A DNA stretch of 64,000 bases from Octopus sinensis (lineage: Eukaryota): NCBI RefSeq assembly GCF_006345805.1, contig NC_043004.1, positions 63,984,001-64,048,000 of the forward strand, read 5' to 3'. Shown here one piece after another: positions 25,231 through 37,690 of the stretch (positions within the stretch are counted from its first letter, which is position 1; the number at the start of each line of letters is the position of its first letter). The position numbers and the translations under genes were made by a program. The notes below the pieces were generated by a model that saw only the letters and a program-made list of their open reading frames with translations, searched no databases and was not told where the DNA came from.

Positions 25231-25800
25231 TAGAAGTATTTTGTCAGCTCTGATAAAATCAGATGTATGATTAAAGACAATCCAGACAAAATTATTACCT
25301 CTTGCTGAATATCCATGATGACAGTTGCTGGAAGGGTGATTTGAGGGGGATTTGGCTGCTACATCTAACAGGCGAGTGACAAGAATAAATGTTCCGACAA
25401 TAGCTCATTTCGGTTTTGTTTTTGTTGTTGTTAACTCGCAGATAGATTAATTAGCAAAGGGTTTTCCGACCATAGCTGTCGCATCGATTCCTTATGTACA
25501 AGGACACGATAACCATATTATCCAGTGTCCATAAAGAGCAGACTGTGTGATGTGAAGGACACTTAACTGCTATCTCTAGCAGCTTGAATGTGGTCCCTTA
25601 AAGGCTCTCTGTGTTATTGTAGTTGTTTTTACTATTGTCTATCCCCAGGTCAGCCCCTATCCAGTAGATTTCTCATCAATGATGTCCCAACCATGACCAA
25701 TATGTCTTTTCCAATTTTCGGAAAGAAGCAAATGGTCCAGTAGTCAGTGATGTGAGAGAGATTTGACTGCTATTTCTAAAAAGTCGAGTGACCATGTTTA
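25230..25800 (-). repeat. Three tandem diverged copies of family D
   Basis: The gatttggctgcta(tt)tcta motif recurs at ~25350, ~25562 and ~25760. Other copies at ~28480-28650, 31310-31500, 42790-42975, 43030-43200 (opposite strand) and ~52500-52600. Confidence 0.6.
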
Positions 25801-26114
25801 AGTTAACTCAGAAACTTGTGCTCTTCTTAATGTTGTTGTTGCTGGTGGTGGTGGTGGTGGTGCGTGGTGGTGGTGGTGGTGCTGGTGGTGGTGGTGGTGC
25901 TGGTGGTGCTGGTGGTGGTAGTGGTGGTGGTGGTGTTGGTGGTGGTAGTGGTGGTGGTGGTGGTGGTGGTGGTGTTGGTGGTAGTGGTGGTGGTAGTGGT
26001 GGTGGTGGTAGTGGTGGTGGTAGTGGTGGTGGTGGTAGTGGTGGTGGTGGTGTTGGTGGTGTAGTGGTGGTGGTGGTGTGGTGGTGGTGGTGGTGCTGGT
26101 GGTGGTGCTGGTGC

Positions 26115-26145
<31 letters not shown>

Positions 26146-26516
26146 GGTGCTGGTGCTGGTGGTGGTGGTGGTTGTGGTGCTGGTGGTTGTCGTGGTGGTT
26201 GTGGTGGTAGTGGTGGTGGTGGTTGTCGTGGTGGTGGTGGTGGTGGTGGTGATTGTGGTGGTGGTGGTGCTGATAAGGATTATTAAAACGCGGCGATGGT
26301 GGCGACAGTGGAAATGATGATGGTAGTGGTGTTGGTGGGGTATGGCGTGAATGTATGTGTACGTGGGTGTAAGTGTCTGTATGTCTGAACGTGTGTGTGT
26401 GTGTGGTGTGTGTGTGCGTGTGAGGGAGAGATGGATGAATGGATGGAAAGGTGGATAGATGGACGAACGAAGAAAGATAGGGCCGAATAGAGAGAAAGAG
26501 GGAAGGATGGATAGAC

Positions 26517-26517
<1 letters not shown>

Positions 26518-26550
<33 letters not shown>

Positions 26551-26551
26551 G

Positions 26552-26635
<84 letters not shown>

Positions 26636-26704
26636 GAGAGAGAGGTAGATAGATAGACAGATAGATAGATAGAGAGAGGTAGATAGATAGACAGATAGAT
26701 AGGT

Positions 26705-26750
<46 letters not shown>
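26518..26750. repeat. (GATA)n/(GA)n microsatellite
   Basis: Seen directly; also at 44395-44700, 53040-53385, 54735-54940 and 63440-63570. Confidence 0.95.
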
Positions 26751-26754
<4 letters not shown>

Positions 26755-27059
26755 AAGGTAAATACAGGAAGAAATTATGAACGGAAGAAATGAGAGAACA
26801 AAATAAAGAAGAGCGAGAAATACGTAAGTGCAGAGAAGAAGTCAGTGAAAAGCTTCGGAGTTCGATGAATATAGGAGAAATAAAAGGGAAGAAAGGAGAA
26901 CGTGCAATCGGGAAATGAAGAATGGAGGGAAAGGACATACTTAAAGGTTTAGGTCTGACAGTGAAGAGTAAGAAGAAATGGGTACAGAGAAAGGGAGGGT
27001 AAAAGGGTGAGGGGGATGAAGTAAAGTGTAGAAAGGGGGATCGCGAGTTTTTAGAATTT

Positions 27060-27320
27060 AATAGCCTGTGAGAGTAGTGGGGGTTCGGGTCAGCGGCTAT
27101 AATCATTGGTTTGTGAGCATGCAGTGGGGTGAGGTCAGTTACTATAATTGTTAGTCTGTGAGAGTGCAATGGCATGAAGCCAATTGTTAGTCTGTGAGAG
27201 CAGGGTTGGGTTAGGTCACTTCCAACAACTGTTAGTCTTTGAGAATACAGTGGATTGAGGTCAGTTACTACATTTGCCAGCCTATGAGTGAGCAATGGGG
27301 AAGAAGTAAGTTCTACAATT
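27060..27320. repeat. Diverged 45-bp minisatellite (6 units: 45,45,36,45,45,45)
   Basis: Units recur as gttagtctgtgagag...gaggtcagttacta. Confidence 0.85.
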
Positions 27321-29989
27321 CCTATAAGCCATCTACACATTGCCTCAGTAATATCTCAGTTAGCAGAGTGAGTCAACTGGCTGTTATGTATCGCTGTATA
27401 TTATCACTACCATTGGCCATTTCTGCATTATATTGTCATCATAATTTATTCAATGGCGTACTCACTCGTGTGCTGCTAATAAATCTCATGCCAAAGTAAT
27501 AATTTGATTGCTTTTCATTACAAACGAAAGCAATAGAAGGACCTGTTTGTTCTCATCATTACATGAACATACCTCATCAAAAATAGAAGCCGTTCGGCTG
27601 ATTGACAAAGGCCCGCATATCAGCACGCTACACACAATACCTCACATAAATCTGCTACTATTTCTTGAAGATCCACTCACGAATACATACAAACTCTACA
27701 TGTTCCACAGATGCGATATTCCATCAGGAGCGACTCACATCACAGCACAATCGTTAATCGTCAACGATTCTGTTTCTGTAAAACCAAGTTACAAAAAGCT
27801 ATAACCAAACATTCATCCACAAATGTACTGCTTCTTTAAGACTCAACTGACAACGCGCTCATCATAAACCTACGATCGACCACTAGCCCACAAATTCAAA
27901 ATCCCTTTAAGACGCATACATTCATAAGTTAAAAACCATTCCCCACTTTACGCTGGCGCTATTTTTTTAGGCTACCTCATCAACAGATTATAACCACTAG
28001 CATACAGTCGGTCGAGATCTTCAGTTTATCTCAACAGTTGCTACAGCTCCAAACGAGAAATTTACAAACCATTTCCATCATTACTTCATAATCCTTATCT
28101 TATCTCAATACCTAATTTTTCTCGAAGGTTTTCCTCATGGATCTACAATACAATGAAATTCCCTCTCAGCTCCAGCTCTTTATACTCAAGTTCCACTTAA
28201 AAATAAGGGCAGGATCCGGAAAACATTAGTCAGAGACTAATTAATTCCTTCAGTAAAGTAATTAGTCTAATTTTAAAGATATTCTGTCCCATATTCTTGT
28301 AGTTCGTAGTACTTCTGGTGTTTATAGTGATGATACATTGTACTTAAAATACATACTACGGCTACGTAGACCGGGCTGTTGTATGTGAAGCAATACTGTC
28401 AGATATCTTCCACTGCAACCTGTTAGGCCGTATGGAGATAAAGCTAAAATGTTGCTGCTGTTGCTAGTGGTATTGGTGTTGTTCAATTCTAGCTCAGTCC
28501 ACATCAGGAAGATCTAAGGTCAAAGAATGTCCCAACCGTTAACATCCAGTTATTTTCAGACTTACGTTATCCAACGTGCTTTATAGCAACATAGTAAGAA
28601 AATATATATAGTAAAATCTGATTTGGCCGCTATATATTGCAGGTCGTGTAACCTTATGTAGTCTATCAAACACACATCTGCCTGTTGCAGATCATATTTC
28701 TCTATACTGCCCCAACTGGGATATTTAAACTGACGAAGCTTCTTTATTTTGTAATTACAGTTATTGATCAGTTGTTCTTAGATGGTGGCATACTACTGGA
28801 CAGGAATTCCTCCGGCTCATCCTTCGGTGAATACTATGACTATCCGCGTAAAGCTATGTGAATTGCAGGACTCAGAGAACATCGAGAGCTCGAAGGCACA
28901 TTGCAGCCCCGGGATCCCATTGCCCAGGAGATTGACATGTAGCCAAATGATTATACTCGTTACAGGGCGATGCGTTAGGTTGTTGAGCAAAAACACTTCA
29001 TTCTACATTGCCCTAGTCTATTCAGCTGTAAATAAATTGCAACAATAGCTGAGAGATTAGGCCTAAAACGAGCTGGCATTCTTTTCAAGATGGTGGTATT
29101 CTCATCTCAGTCCACAGTACGCCAGGATAAACATGTTAATACGGCCTTAAGAGTTCGTGATCTTATGATAAACATAATACACCATCTATTAGATGCTCGA
29201 ACTTACATTTGTAAATTCAATACTTTGGTCACGGATATATTCAAGAATCGGTGGCAGGGTTCGAATCCCAAATCTCCATTTAATTATTTAGTATTTGATT
29301 TACACAGTCATCTACAGATCTGACCCTCACTAAGACCCATGTTTTATAGTAACTGAAAATGCTGCTGCTGCCGCCGCCGGTGCTGTGTTGTAACTGTTGC
29401 TGCTTTTTCTCGTTGTAAATACTGGTTCCAAATTTTGGCACAAGAGCACTGATTCCGTAGGAGGTGGGAAAGATGATCATATCGACTCCAGTTCTCAACC
29501 AGTATTTATTTAGTCTACCTCAAAAAAGATTAAAAGGAAGACCAGCCTTGACAGCATTTGAACACAGAAAATAAAGTCGGGATCTATCATGCTAAGCAAT
29601 TTGTACGGCACAGTAACGATTCTGCCAGTTCAACACCTTATTGTTATGGTAAATATTGGAGTGGCTTGAGTGATTCATTGAACTGACCAATATTCTTCTT
29701 CCTGATAATTTTGACTTTACTCATAACTCTAGAGAAGGCTGTACTCCGCTTGGTATGATTGCTAATGTGCAATGGAACAATTAAAGTGGTAGTTAAGAAT
29801 AGTTTGAAAATGATCAAGCAGATATTTAACGATATGTTCACTTAAATAAATATAGTGTTAGTTTGACTTTAATAACAGGAAATATCCTAGGTAGAACTAC
29901 ACAGTTCTAAAACATTGCCAAATTATTCTTGATTCATTGTATATGTATTAAGGAAATATCTGTCATACATACATACATACATACATACA

Positions 29990-30021
<32 letters not shown>

Positions 30022-32992
30022 AAATGTGCATTAAAGAGGTTTTGAGGATTTTTCTGGGGAGAAATTAATAAATTTCAGAGCAGTACAAAACTCTAATGTC
30101 CTTCAAAATAGGATCTTCTGACGTCAGTGGATTAGTAGCACACAAGCATTGTCCTTGTAAAGGTGCTCTGGAAGTTCGCCATGAAATCTCTTCTTGAAGT
30201 ACCATAAATTCTGACTGGCTAGAGAGAACCTATATATATATATATCAGCTGGTAGTATCAATATTACTAGACATATGAGTTAAAACCCATGTTTTCATAC
30301 AGTGACAAGGGAGTTAACCACCAGATTATCGACGCTAGATCATTGGCCTAGACTAGACCTGTAAAATGTACTTCCTTGCAGTTCTAAGGATTTTAACTCT
30401 TATTTTTAGCAATATAGCTAGCACCCAGCAGCCCCAGTCATAATTAGTGACAACTGAATTTTTCCATTTCGGTTTTATATTGCGTATAGGCTGCCTTTCT
30501 TATATATATACATACATATATATATATATAATTTATACATACATATATGCATGTGTGTATGTATATACACAAATCAACGTCTTAGTCTCAATATACATAA
30601 GAATATAACTTGCAGAGATACCAATATATTCACAAATATATGTTTGGTATGTGTGAGTGAGTGAGTTGTGTGTATGTGTGTGTGAGTGTGTATGTGTGTG
30701 TGCGCGCGCATGCGTGCGTGTGTGGATGGGTGGTGGGGGCTGCGCATGTTTGTAATAGTGTTTCGAGCAAAATGTTTTGCGGCATTTAATTATATCGGGT
30801 TCAATTTCCGTCATGGCTTCGATAAAATATAATTACGTACTGAGGATGATCTAATCGATTTGAGACCACATATTGTGTCAACGCTATATAAATCCTTATT
30901 TATTCATATCTACACATTTGAATGCTGCTTATTTTCCCCTCGAGTTATGGCCAATTCTATAAGTAGCTCTTACTCAAGTGTAATCCATAAATTCTTATCG
31001 CAGGAGCGTCCATACATTTACTGCCATATTTTCTTCCATAATTTAAGTTTCGTTTTTCGAATCATTCTATATGAACATTTATTTCATATCTCAGAAACTC
31101 AATGAAATGTACCAAAGAAAAATCACCATATTGAATCATAAATATACGAGCAAAGTAGCTTTTTCTAAATGCCTTGGTGTGACATAATAAAATATTAAAG
31201 CAATATTTAAGAAAGAAACGTATAATTTATTCTCAAAATATGCTTTTATGATGTCAGTCTGTTATCTGTTTTGTGATATTGATGCTATTATTATTGTTAA
31301 TTTTTTCTGGCATCAGATCTGTGCTGATGAAGAGAACTTCTCATCATAACCTTTCCGTATCTAACTGTGATCTTTACCGGTCTTTCTATTTTTGTTTTAT
31401 CGAGAAGTTTACCTAAGACAGCACTATTCAATAAATCCTTTTGCCATGAAATGTTAAGATTAGATTTGCGAGTGATTTTTCTGTTATTTCAAGCATAAAT
31501 AATGACTATACATTTTCTTTATGTTTTCTAAATGGCGTTACATTGAAATTCAAAACAGCCAAATATGCATCATGCTTAATGTATATACACCGTTGATAGG
31601 CCAGTTTCCGCAATATTTGTCCTGAGATAGTATTTCTCTCTTATGGAGTTGATGAGTTCAAAAACTGAAATATTATCGGCGAGAGAAGAAAACTCATCCC
31701 AACAGCGGCTATCAAAATCGCTCGATGTATTTCAGCCTTTTTGGACACTTTTAATAACGTGTACTTACAGACTGCTAAATGCTTGCACGAGAATTCTTCG
31801 CTTCCGATATAGGACGAATGTAAATCATTCACCGGTGTTCCGAATAACCGCCCTTCTGAATGAAAATCTGATGTATGCATATGAGGCAGTGTTAAATTCA
31901 ATTATCTATCATTGTATCAATCTGAATTTTGTACAACATATGTCTGCAATGCAATACTTGGAAACACCATCAGTGTTATATCCTGTGGTTACTGAGTGTT
32001 TAAGTTCTTACAGCATAAACCTCACCAAAGCGAACCGACCATTGTTACCCAAGGAAGGGCATGTGATCAAGCGGCATTTTACTAATCCCATTGTTTTCTC
32101 AGCCACCTACGATTAGTTCTTGAAGATTCCTTTACAGCCCGTTCTTGTAATTCTTAGGGTGCTGACAGCCTCCCTTGTTAACCACCTCTGTCTACCATTC
32201 TTTGCGGCAATCCTCCACCAACATCTGACACCTGCCTCACTTTCTCATTTGGGCATCTTCCATCCTTTCCAACCAGGGCACAGACACAGTTAATATCATT
32301 AGTTTCCTTGTTCATCTCTGGTCTCAAAAGGGTCTGGGTAACACGTCCTGGAAAACTCAGCAGCTTTTCTATTTTTGACAGCCTCAAATTTTAATGGGTT
32401 TCATTTGAATTTTATTGCCGTATAAGTAGAGAGAGTTTATTTCCCACGAAGTCTCGAAACCCAGGCACTGACGTCGAACCTCCATGAAGATTGCATTCAA
32501 TATTACAGTATCTGACACCCGTTACATTCCAATAAATCATTGCAGTTTTATTTTCCTGATGCAACAAAAATTAATGTATATACAGCTAATCTAAATGCTT
32601 TATTTTCTCAATGATTTGAAATAAATATGCTGTGAAATTCATGATATTCTTAAGGACATTAACGACACAAGTATAGTATAGTGAAGTAACCTGCATTTCG
32701 ACTAGATATCGTATTTACGCAGCCGTTTAAATTCAGCAGATTACATCGAGCTTTGCGGCGTCCATATCCCCAAGACCGCTACCACCATCACAACTACCGC
32801 ATTGATATATAATTTGTATTTATTCTATCGTCTAAGCAAATTATACAGTTTAAACAGAAAACTGAATGTCCAAAGCGAGGTAATGTAATTTCAGTGATCT
32901 CTGTATATCAAATGAATGAACTAGCAACACAAATATGAATGTCTAATCTCTCATTTCATTCGGAATCAAAGCATTTCCAATTGACATACAAG

Positions 32993-33042
<50 letters not shown>

Positions 33043-33296
33043 CAACAATAATAATAATAATGATGATGATGATGATGACGAGGAGGAGGGGAGGGGGGAT
33101 TAGGGGGAGGAGGAAAAAAGAGGTGATTTCTTATTGAACACAAGGACTCTAATGTAAAATGTTAAAATACTTCTTACAAAATATTTCTTACACAATAGTG
33201 GATGTGTGTGTGTGTGCTTGTGTGTGTGTGCGCGCGTGGATGTGTATGTATATACATAAGCATGCACACACACACACACACACACAGATATATATC

Positions 33297-33600
33297 CAGG
33301 GTGCGGTGAATAAACTGTCGTCTAAATTATGAAAAAACCTGAAAATAATACTGACACCTCCAGACGACTTTGGAATCTCCTGCAGCTCTTCTGGACCATC
33401 TCCTTGTTTAAGTTGGTGAATTCCACCATAATCCTTGCCTTCAGTTCATCTTTGGTATTACAAGGAGTTTTGTTGGTCTCTCGCTCAACTGTGCCCCACA
33501 CATAACATTCAAGGAGGCTGCAGTGTGGGGAGTTTGGTGGCCAGGTGTTAGGGGTGATGTGGTCACAGAAATTGTGACACCCATGACTGGGTCCTGCTGC
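33297..33600 (-). mobile_element. Tc1/mariner (maT/DD37D-like) 3' fragment
   Basis: WPPNSPHCSLLECYVWGTVERETNKTPCNTKDELKARI...FQSRLE; terminal CAGGGTGCGG at 33297. Confidence 0.85.
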
Positions 33601-33837
33601 ACGTGTTGTATGGTGAAGTCTCAACGTCTGCACAAATCAAAAGGACATAAGGACAATTCACTCACATCGGGGTGTGAATCTGCGACATATGTAGAATAAA
33701 TGTTACTTACAACTCAGTGTACCTTCCACTTCTGAATGCACTGAATTTTCAACCTCGAGTTTGGGGTACTCATGAAGATTCGCACGTTAGGTGTGTAGTG
33801 CTTGTTCGCTACATTGAGACATATGCTGTTTGTTACT

Positions 33838-34229
33838 GGATATGGAAGCACTCCGTCGGTTACGACGACGAGGGTTCCGGTTGATCCGAATTAACGGAAC
33901 AGCCTGCTCGTGAAATTAACGTGTAAGTGGCTGAGCACTCCACAGACACGTGTACCCTTAACGTAGTTCTCGGGGATATTCAGCGTGACACAGAGAGTGA
34001 CAAGGCCGGCCCCTTGAAATACAAGTACAACAGAAACAGGAAGTAAGAGTGAGAGAAAGTTGTGGTGAAAGAGTACAGCAAGGATCACCACCATCCCCTG
34101 CCGGAGCCTCGTGGAGCTTTTTACGTGTTTTCGCTCAATAAACACTCACAACGCCCCGTCTGGGAATCAAAACCACGATCCTATGACCGCGAGTCCGCTG
34201 CTCTAACCACTGGGCCATTGCGCCTCCAC
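33838..34229 (-). mobile_element. SINE family C, body type 2, with TSD
   Basis: Same head as the copy ending at 22250. TSD TGTTTGTTACT at 33827-33837 and 34230-34240. Confidence 0.9.
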
Positions 34230-34789
34230 TGTTTGTTACTCGTAGTCTATATAATTACGTTCAACAGCAACTGCTATTATGCCTTCCTCATACAGAATCT
34301 CTTATTTCTTTACTACCCACAAGGAGCTACACACAGACATCCAAGGATATACAAATGGATTAAGTTGATTATATCGACTTCAGTGTGTAACTGGTACTTA
34401 TTTAATCGATCCCGAAAGGATGAAAGGCAAAGTCGTCCTCGGCGGGATTTGAACTTAGAACGTAAAGGCAGCCGAAATACCGCTAAGCATTTCGCCCGTT
34501 GTGCTTACGTTTCTGCCAGCTCATCTTCTTGCTACTCAATCGGCCAGTTGATTAGGTTTTTATTTTCCACTCGGACAACTGCGTGGAGCAAAGACTTGTG
34601 GGGTGATTACTTCTCCGTAAGCAAGCTCTAGTGTCTACTTGCCTTTGTCTGACGCCACTGTTCTCTCACTCTCTCTCCCTCGCTCACTCTCTCTCTCTCT
34701 CTCTCACTCTATCACTCTCTCTCACCCTCTCCCTCTCTCTCTCTCTCTCTCTCTCACTTTCTCTCTTCCCCATAGCCACCAAACGTTGA

Positions 34790-35560
34790 TATGCTGTTGC
34801 CGTCGCCTTCACTGACCTGTTCCGTACTAAAGTGGATCATACCTGAACTTTTCCGTTGAAGTTGGTCCCTGCTGGTGGTGGTAATTTGGACAAAGCGGCC
34901 ACGTTTCTTTCTGTTCTTAAGGATAACCATATGGTCTTCGAGGTTGTGAGGATTTATTGTTCAATGCAGGCCCCAACTGTATGTTCCTGCAGAACCACAC
35001 CAAGCATTTACCACATATCCTCTTGCGCAAAATTAACCACAGACCAGGGTCCGTGCTGACTGTGTTACTAATTTTCTGTAAACAATTTCTGTGGCACGCT
35101 TGTGTATACAACGAGCGATGCATTTGCTTTTTCTGTATGTGAAACTGACTCTCACTCTGACGGGACCCGCGCACACTTGCTTATTCTTTTCTCATATCCA
35201 TGAAGGACAAATCCTGTCACACCGCGGCACGTTGAATTTCCTTCAACGTGCCATTTCGATGACATACTGATAATCCTTGATGATTTGAGAACTAGAAGTA
35301 TCTTACAATATTTCTAGCCTTTTTCTGAATAGATGCGGTGTTACCCTACGATCACGTCTTTTTATTAAGTATGACTTGGCAAGTCGCAGTTGTGCTGTTT
35401 TTCTTTTCTTGCCTGGGAGTTAAGCGTCTTATGATTTAATGTTTGCGCATGTTAGTCCCCTACATCAAATACTTCATATATGAAAGTATAGTTGCAGGAC
35501 GAAAAAGTTTCCCATATAATCCTAGCACTACCGTTCGACAGAGCCTGTGTGTTCATGTGA
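34790..35560 (-). pseudogene. Probable ancient piggyBac transposase relic (C-terminal half)
   Basis: Colinear degenerate motifs across frameshifts: GSARII/MGNFF (~GRNITMDNFF), GTNMRKH (~GTxRKN), SIQKKARNIV (~SYxPKKNKNV), NSTCRGV (~YNSTKGGVD) and KKRGR (CRD start). Confidence 0.45.
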
Positions 35561-36129
35561 ATGTTATGGTTCTTTATGTTGTTATTTTTAAACATGTCTA
35601 ATTATAGATTTTTTGCTGAAATGTTATTGGATTTTTCATTTTCTACAATTCGTATCTTCGTGTATTCATTAATATTTGTTTTAGCTATTTTTTTCTAGGA
35701 GCTATTTACTTTGTTTGATAGTATTATTACAGTGCCATCGAGAGGCCATGTTTGATATACATGTTTTATTTTTTAAGGAAAACTGAATTATATTAAATCC
35801 TGCTATACCTTAGCATGAGATAACTTGAAAAATTGTTCAATTGAAATAACTTAAAGAAAAAGTCATTTCCGTTTTGTTTTTATGTTTTTGCTTTTTGTTT
35901 GTTTTTCATGTTTTTTTTCGCTCTAGCTCAGGCCTACTCCAATCCAAAATCTCGAGGAGCGATTTGAAAGCACTTTTCAACAACTCAACACCGACTATTA
36001 CTACTACTAACTACTACTACTACTACTACTACTAAAAAAAAAATAATAATAATAATGATGATGATGATGATGATGATGATGATTACACTTCATATTGAAA
36101 TCTGTCAAACACAATGACTTTTTTTTTCC

Positions 36130-37250
36130 TTCATCATTTCATTAATTTAGCAACAATTTGTCTAGAAATAATGTCGGAAATGTTTCAGATTGGTTTGCAT
36201 CGGCGCCAAAGTCTTTGTTATCAATGACACACCGGTTGGAGGGAAATGAATCATATAAGAAGACAACAATCGAACAATAACGATAATTAATAATCTTGGT
36301 GATGTTTACTAGAATGCCGAGTTTTTACCGTGATGTCTGCCGCAACAAGAGATAAAACTTTTGCCAAGAATTTCACAGACAAGAATGGCATCAGGATTTT
36401 CGAATTTTAACTCGTGTCGGTACACGAGATATTTTTGTAGTATAGTTCTAGGCATATGTTGGTCAAATCTGAATATCGGAAAGTACAAGAGAAACAGAAC
36501 TCAAAACAAAGACACTACATGCATTAAAACTCAAATCAATCCTTCTACTACTTTTTAAAAAACGAAGAAGCGGGAATGAGTAGAACTAAAATCTTTTGAT
36601 CTCATTGAACTGTTTTCAACCGCCAACAGCTATTTCTACAAAGATACAGGTTACAAGAATGTAGATTTTAAGACAAAATCCTTTATAAGAAACAGCCCAC
36701 GAAAAACAACTACGTCTAGAAAAGTGGAATACTATAGGGTTCATACGAAAAGTTGCTTCATACAAAAATCTAATATAGCTAGAGCCAATTTTTCATCATT
36801 AGATAAGCATTTTCTTGTTTCACATAAGTTGCACGTAGTTTTCAAAAGGAAAGTTCTAAAATCAGTTATTACGGCTTGAATAAAATCATCTCACAGACCA
36901 CACAACAAAATTAAAAACGCAATAGTAACTAAACCATAATGATTAGTGGCGACAGTATCTGGATAAAGTAGACTGACCCCAAAGAGCATTATTTTAAGAA
37001 CAGATGCAACCGAAATATATGCCTCTTAAAATTCAGATGTAAAATAACGATCAACACCTTTTCCACAATATGTCAGTAACGGAATAATAGTGGAAACGAA
37101 CATAACTCACACTTTAGTCTACAGTATAATACATTTTACATTTTACATCTCAACGCATGCGAAATTCTTTTCTGTGTTTCTTTTATTATTATTTTTATTT
37201 TTTGCTGTTATTTCCAGAGATTACTCCGAGTAGTAGATGTGGACTAACTT
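36130..37250 (+). mobile_element. Decayed Penelope-like element (RT and linker region)
   Basis: FYRDVC (~LYRDD), NLNIGKYKRNRTQN, TGYKN, SNIARANFSSLDKHFLVSHKLHVVFKRKVLK and PHNKI match the PLE 'LIDKHFP..HKLHKIFNRN..K.SYS...HNKKI' linker. Confidence 0.75.
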
Positions 37251-37399
37251 CTTCGCGCACACATAAATCTCTTTCTCTCTCTCCCTCTCTCTCTTTTTCT
37301 CTCTCTGTATATATATATATATATATACCGGAGTAAACACATAAATGTGAAACAAGGTGGAAAAAAGAGTACTCAAATACTAGTAGTAGAGTAATATGC

Positions 37400-37621
37400 T
37401 TTATTTAAAGCAGCAGACAATTCAACGAAACCTGTTACTCTGAGTTTCCCGTTGCCGTTCGTCGGACAGTTTTTGCTAGAATAGATTCTAGCAAAAGCTG
37501 AACTACGAAGGGTATGTCCCACATGTCCCATAGAATAGATTCTAGCAAAAACTGTCCGACGAACGGCAACGGGAAACTCAGAGTAACAGGTTTTGTTGAA
37601 TATTCTGCTGCTTTGAATAAA
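37400..37621. repeat. Fold-back inverted repeat (~83-bp arms), pLTR-like
   Basis: Arm 37400-37482 is the reverse complement of 37539-37621 with few mismatches. Confidence 0.92.
37548..37594 (+). ncRNA. Variant minimal type I hammerhead ribozyme motif (mirror copy on - strand ~37428-37473)
   Basis: AAAACTGT-CCGACGA-ACG GCAA CGG-GAAA-CTC A GAG-TA-ACAGGTTTT. Topology is correct, but with a U4C change and an A10.1/G11.1 mismatch. Confidence 0.55.
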
Positions 37622-37625
37622 CTAC

Positions 37626-37657
<32 letters not shown>

Positions 37658-37690
37658 GTATGTATATATGTATGTATGTATATACATATT

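Noticed and set aside
24321-25316. 331-aa Thr/His-rich mucin-like ORF
   Set aside because: It is the translation of an (ACC)n microsatellite with no splice or domain support.
25808-27340. 510-aa ORF
   Set aside because: It is mostly read-through of GATA, GA and GGT repeats; only the 45-bp repeat portion is kept as a finding.
27400-28300. Ancient LINE RT tail (LQTKAI)
   Set aside because: A single short motif is insufficient.
31643-32116. 157-aa ORF
   Set aside because: No recognisable domain or exon signals; probably decayed repeat.
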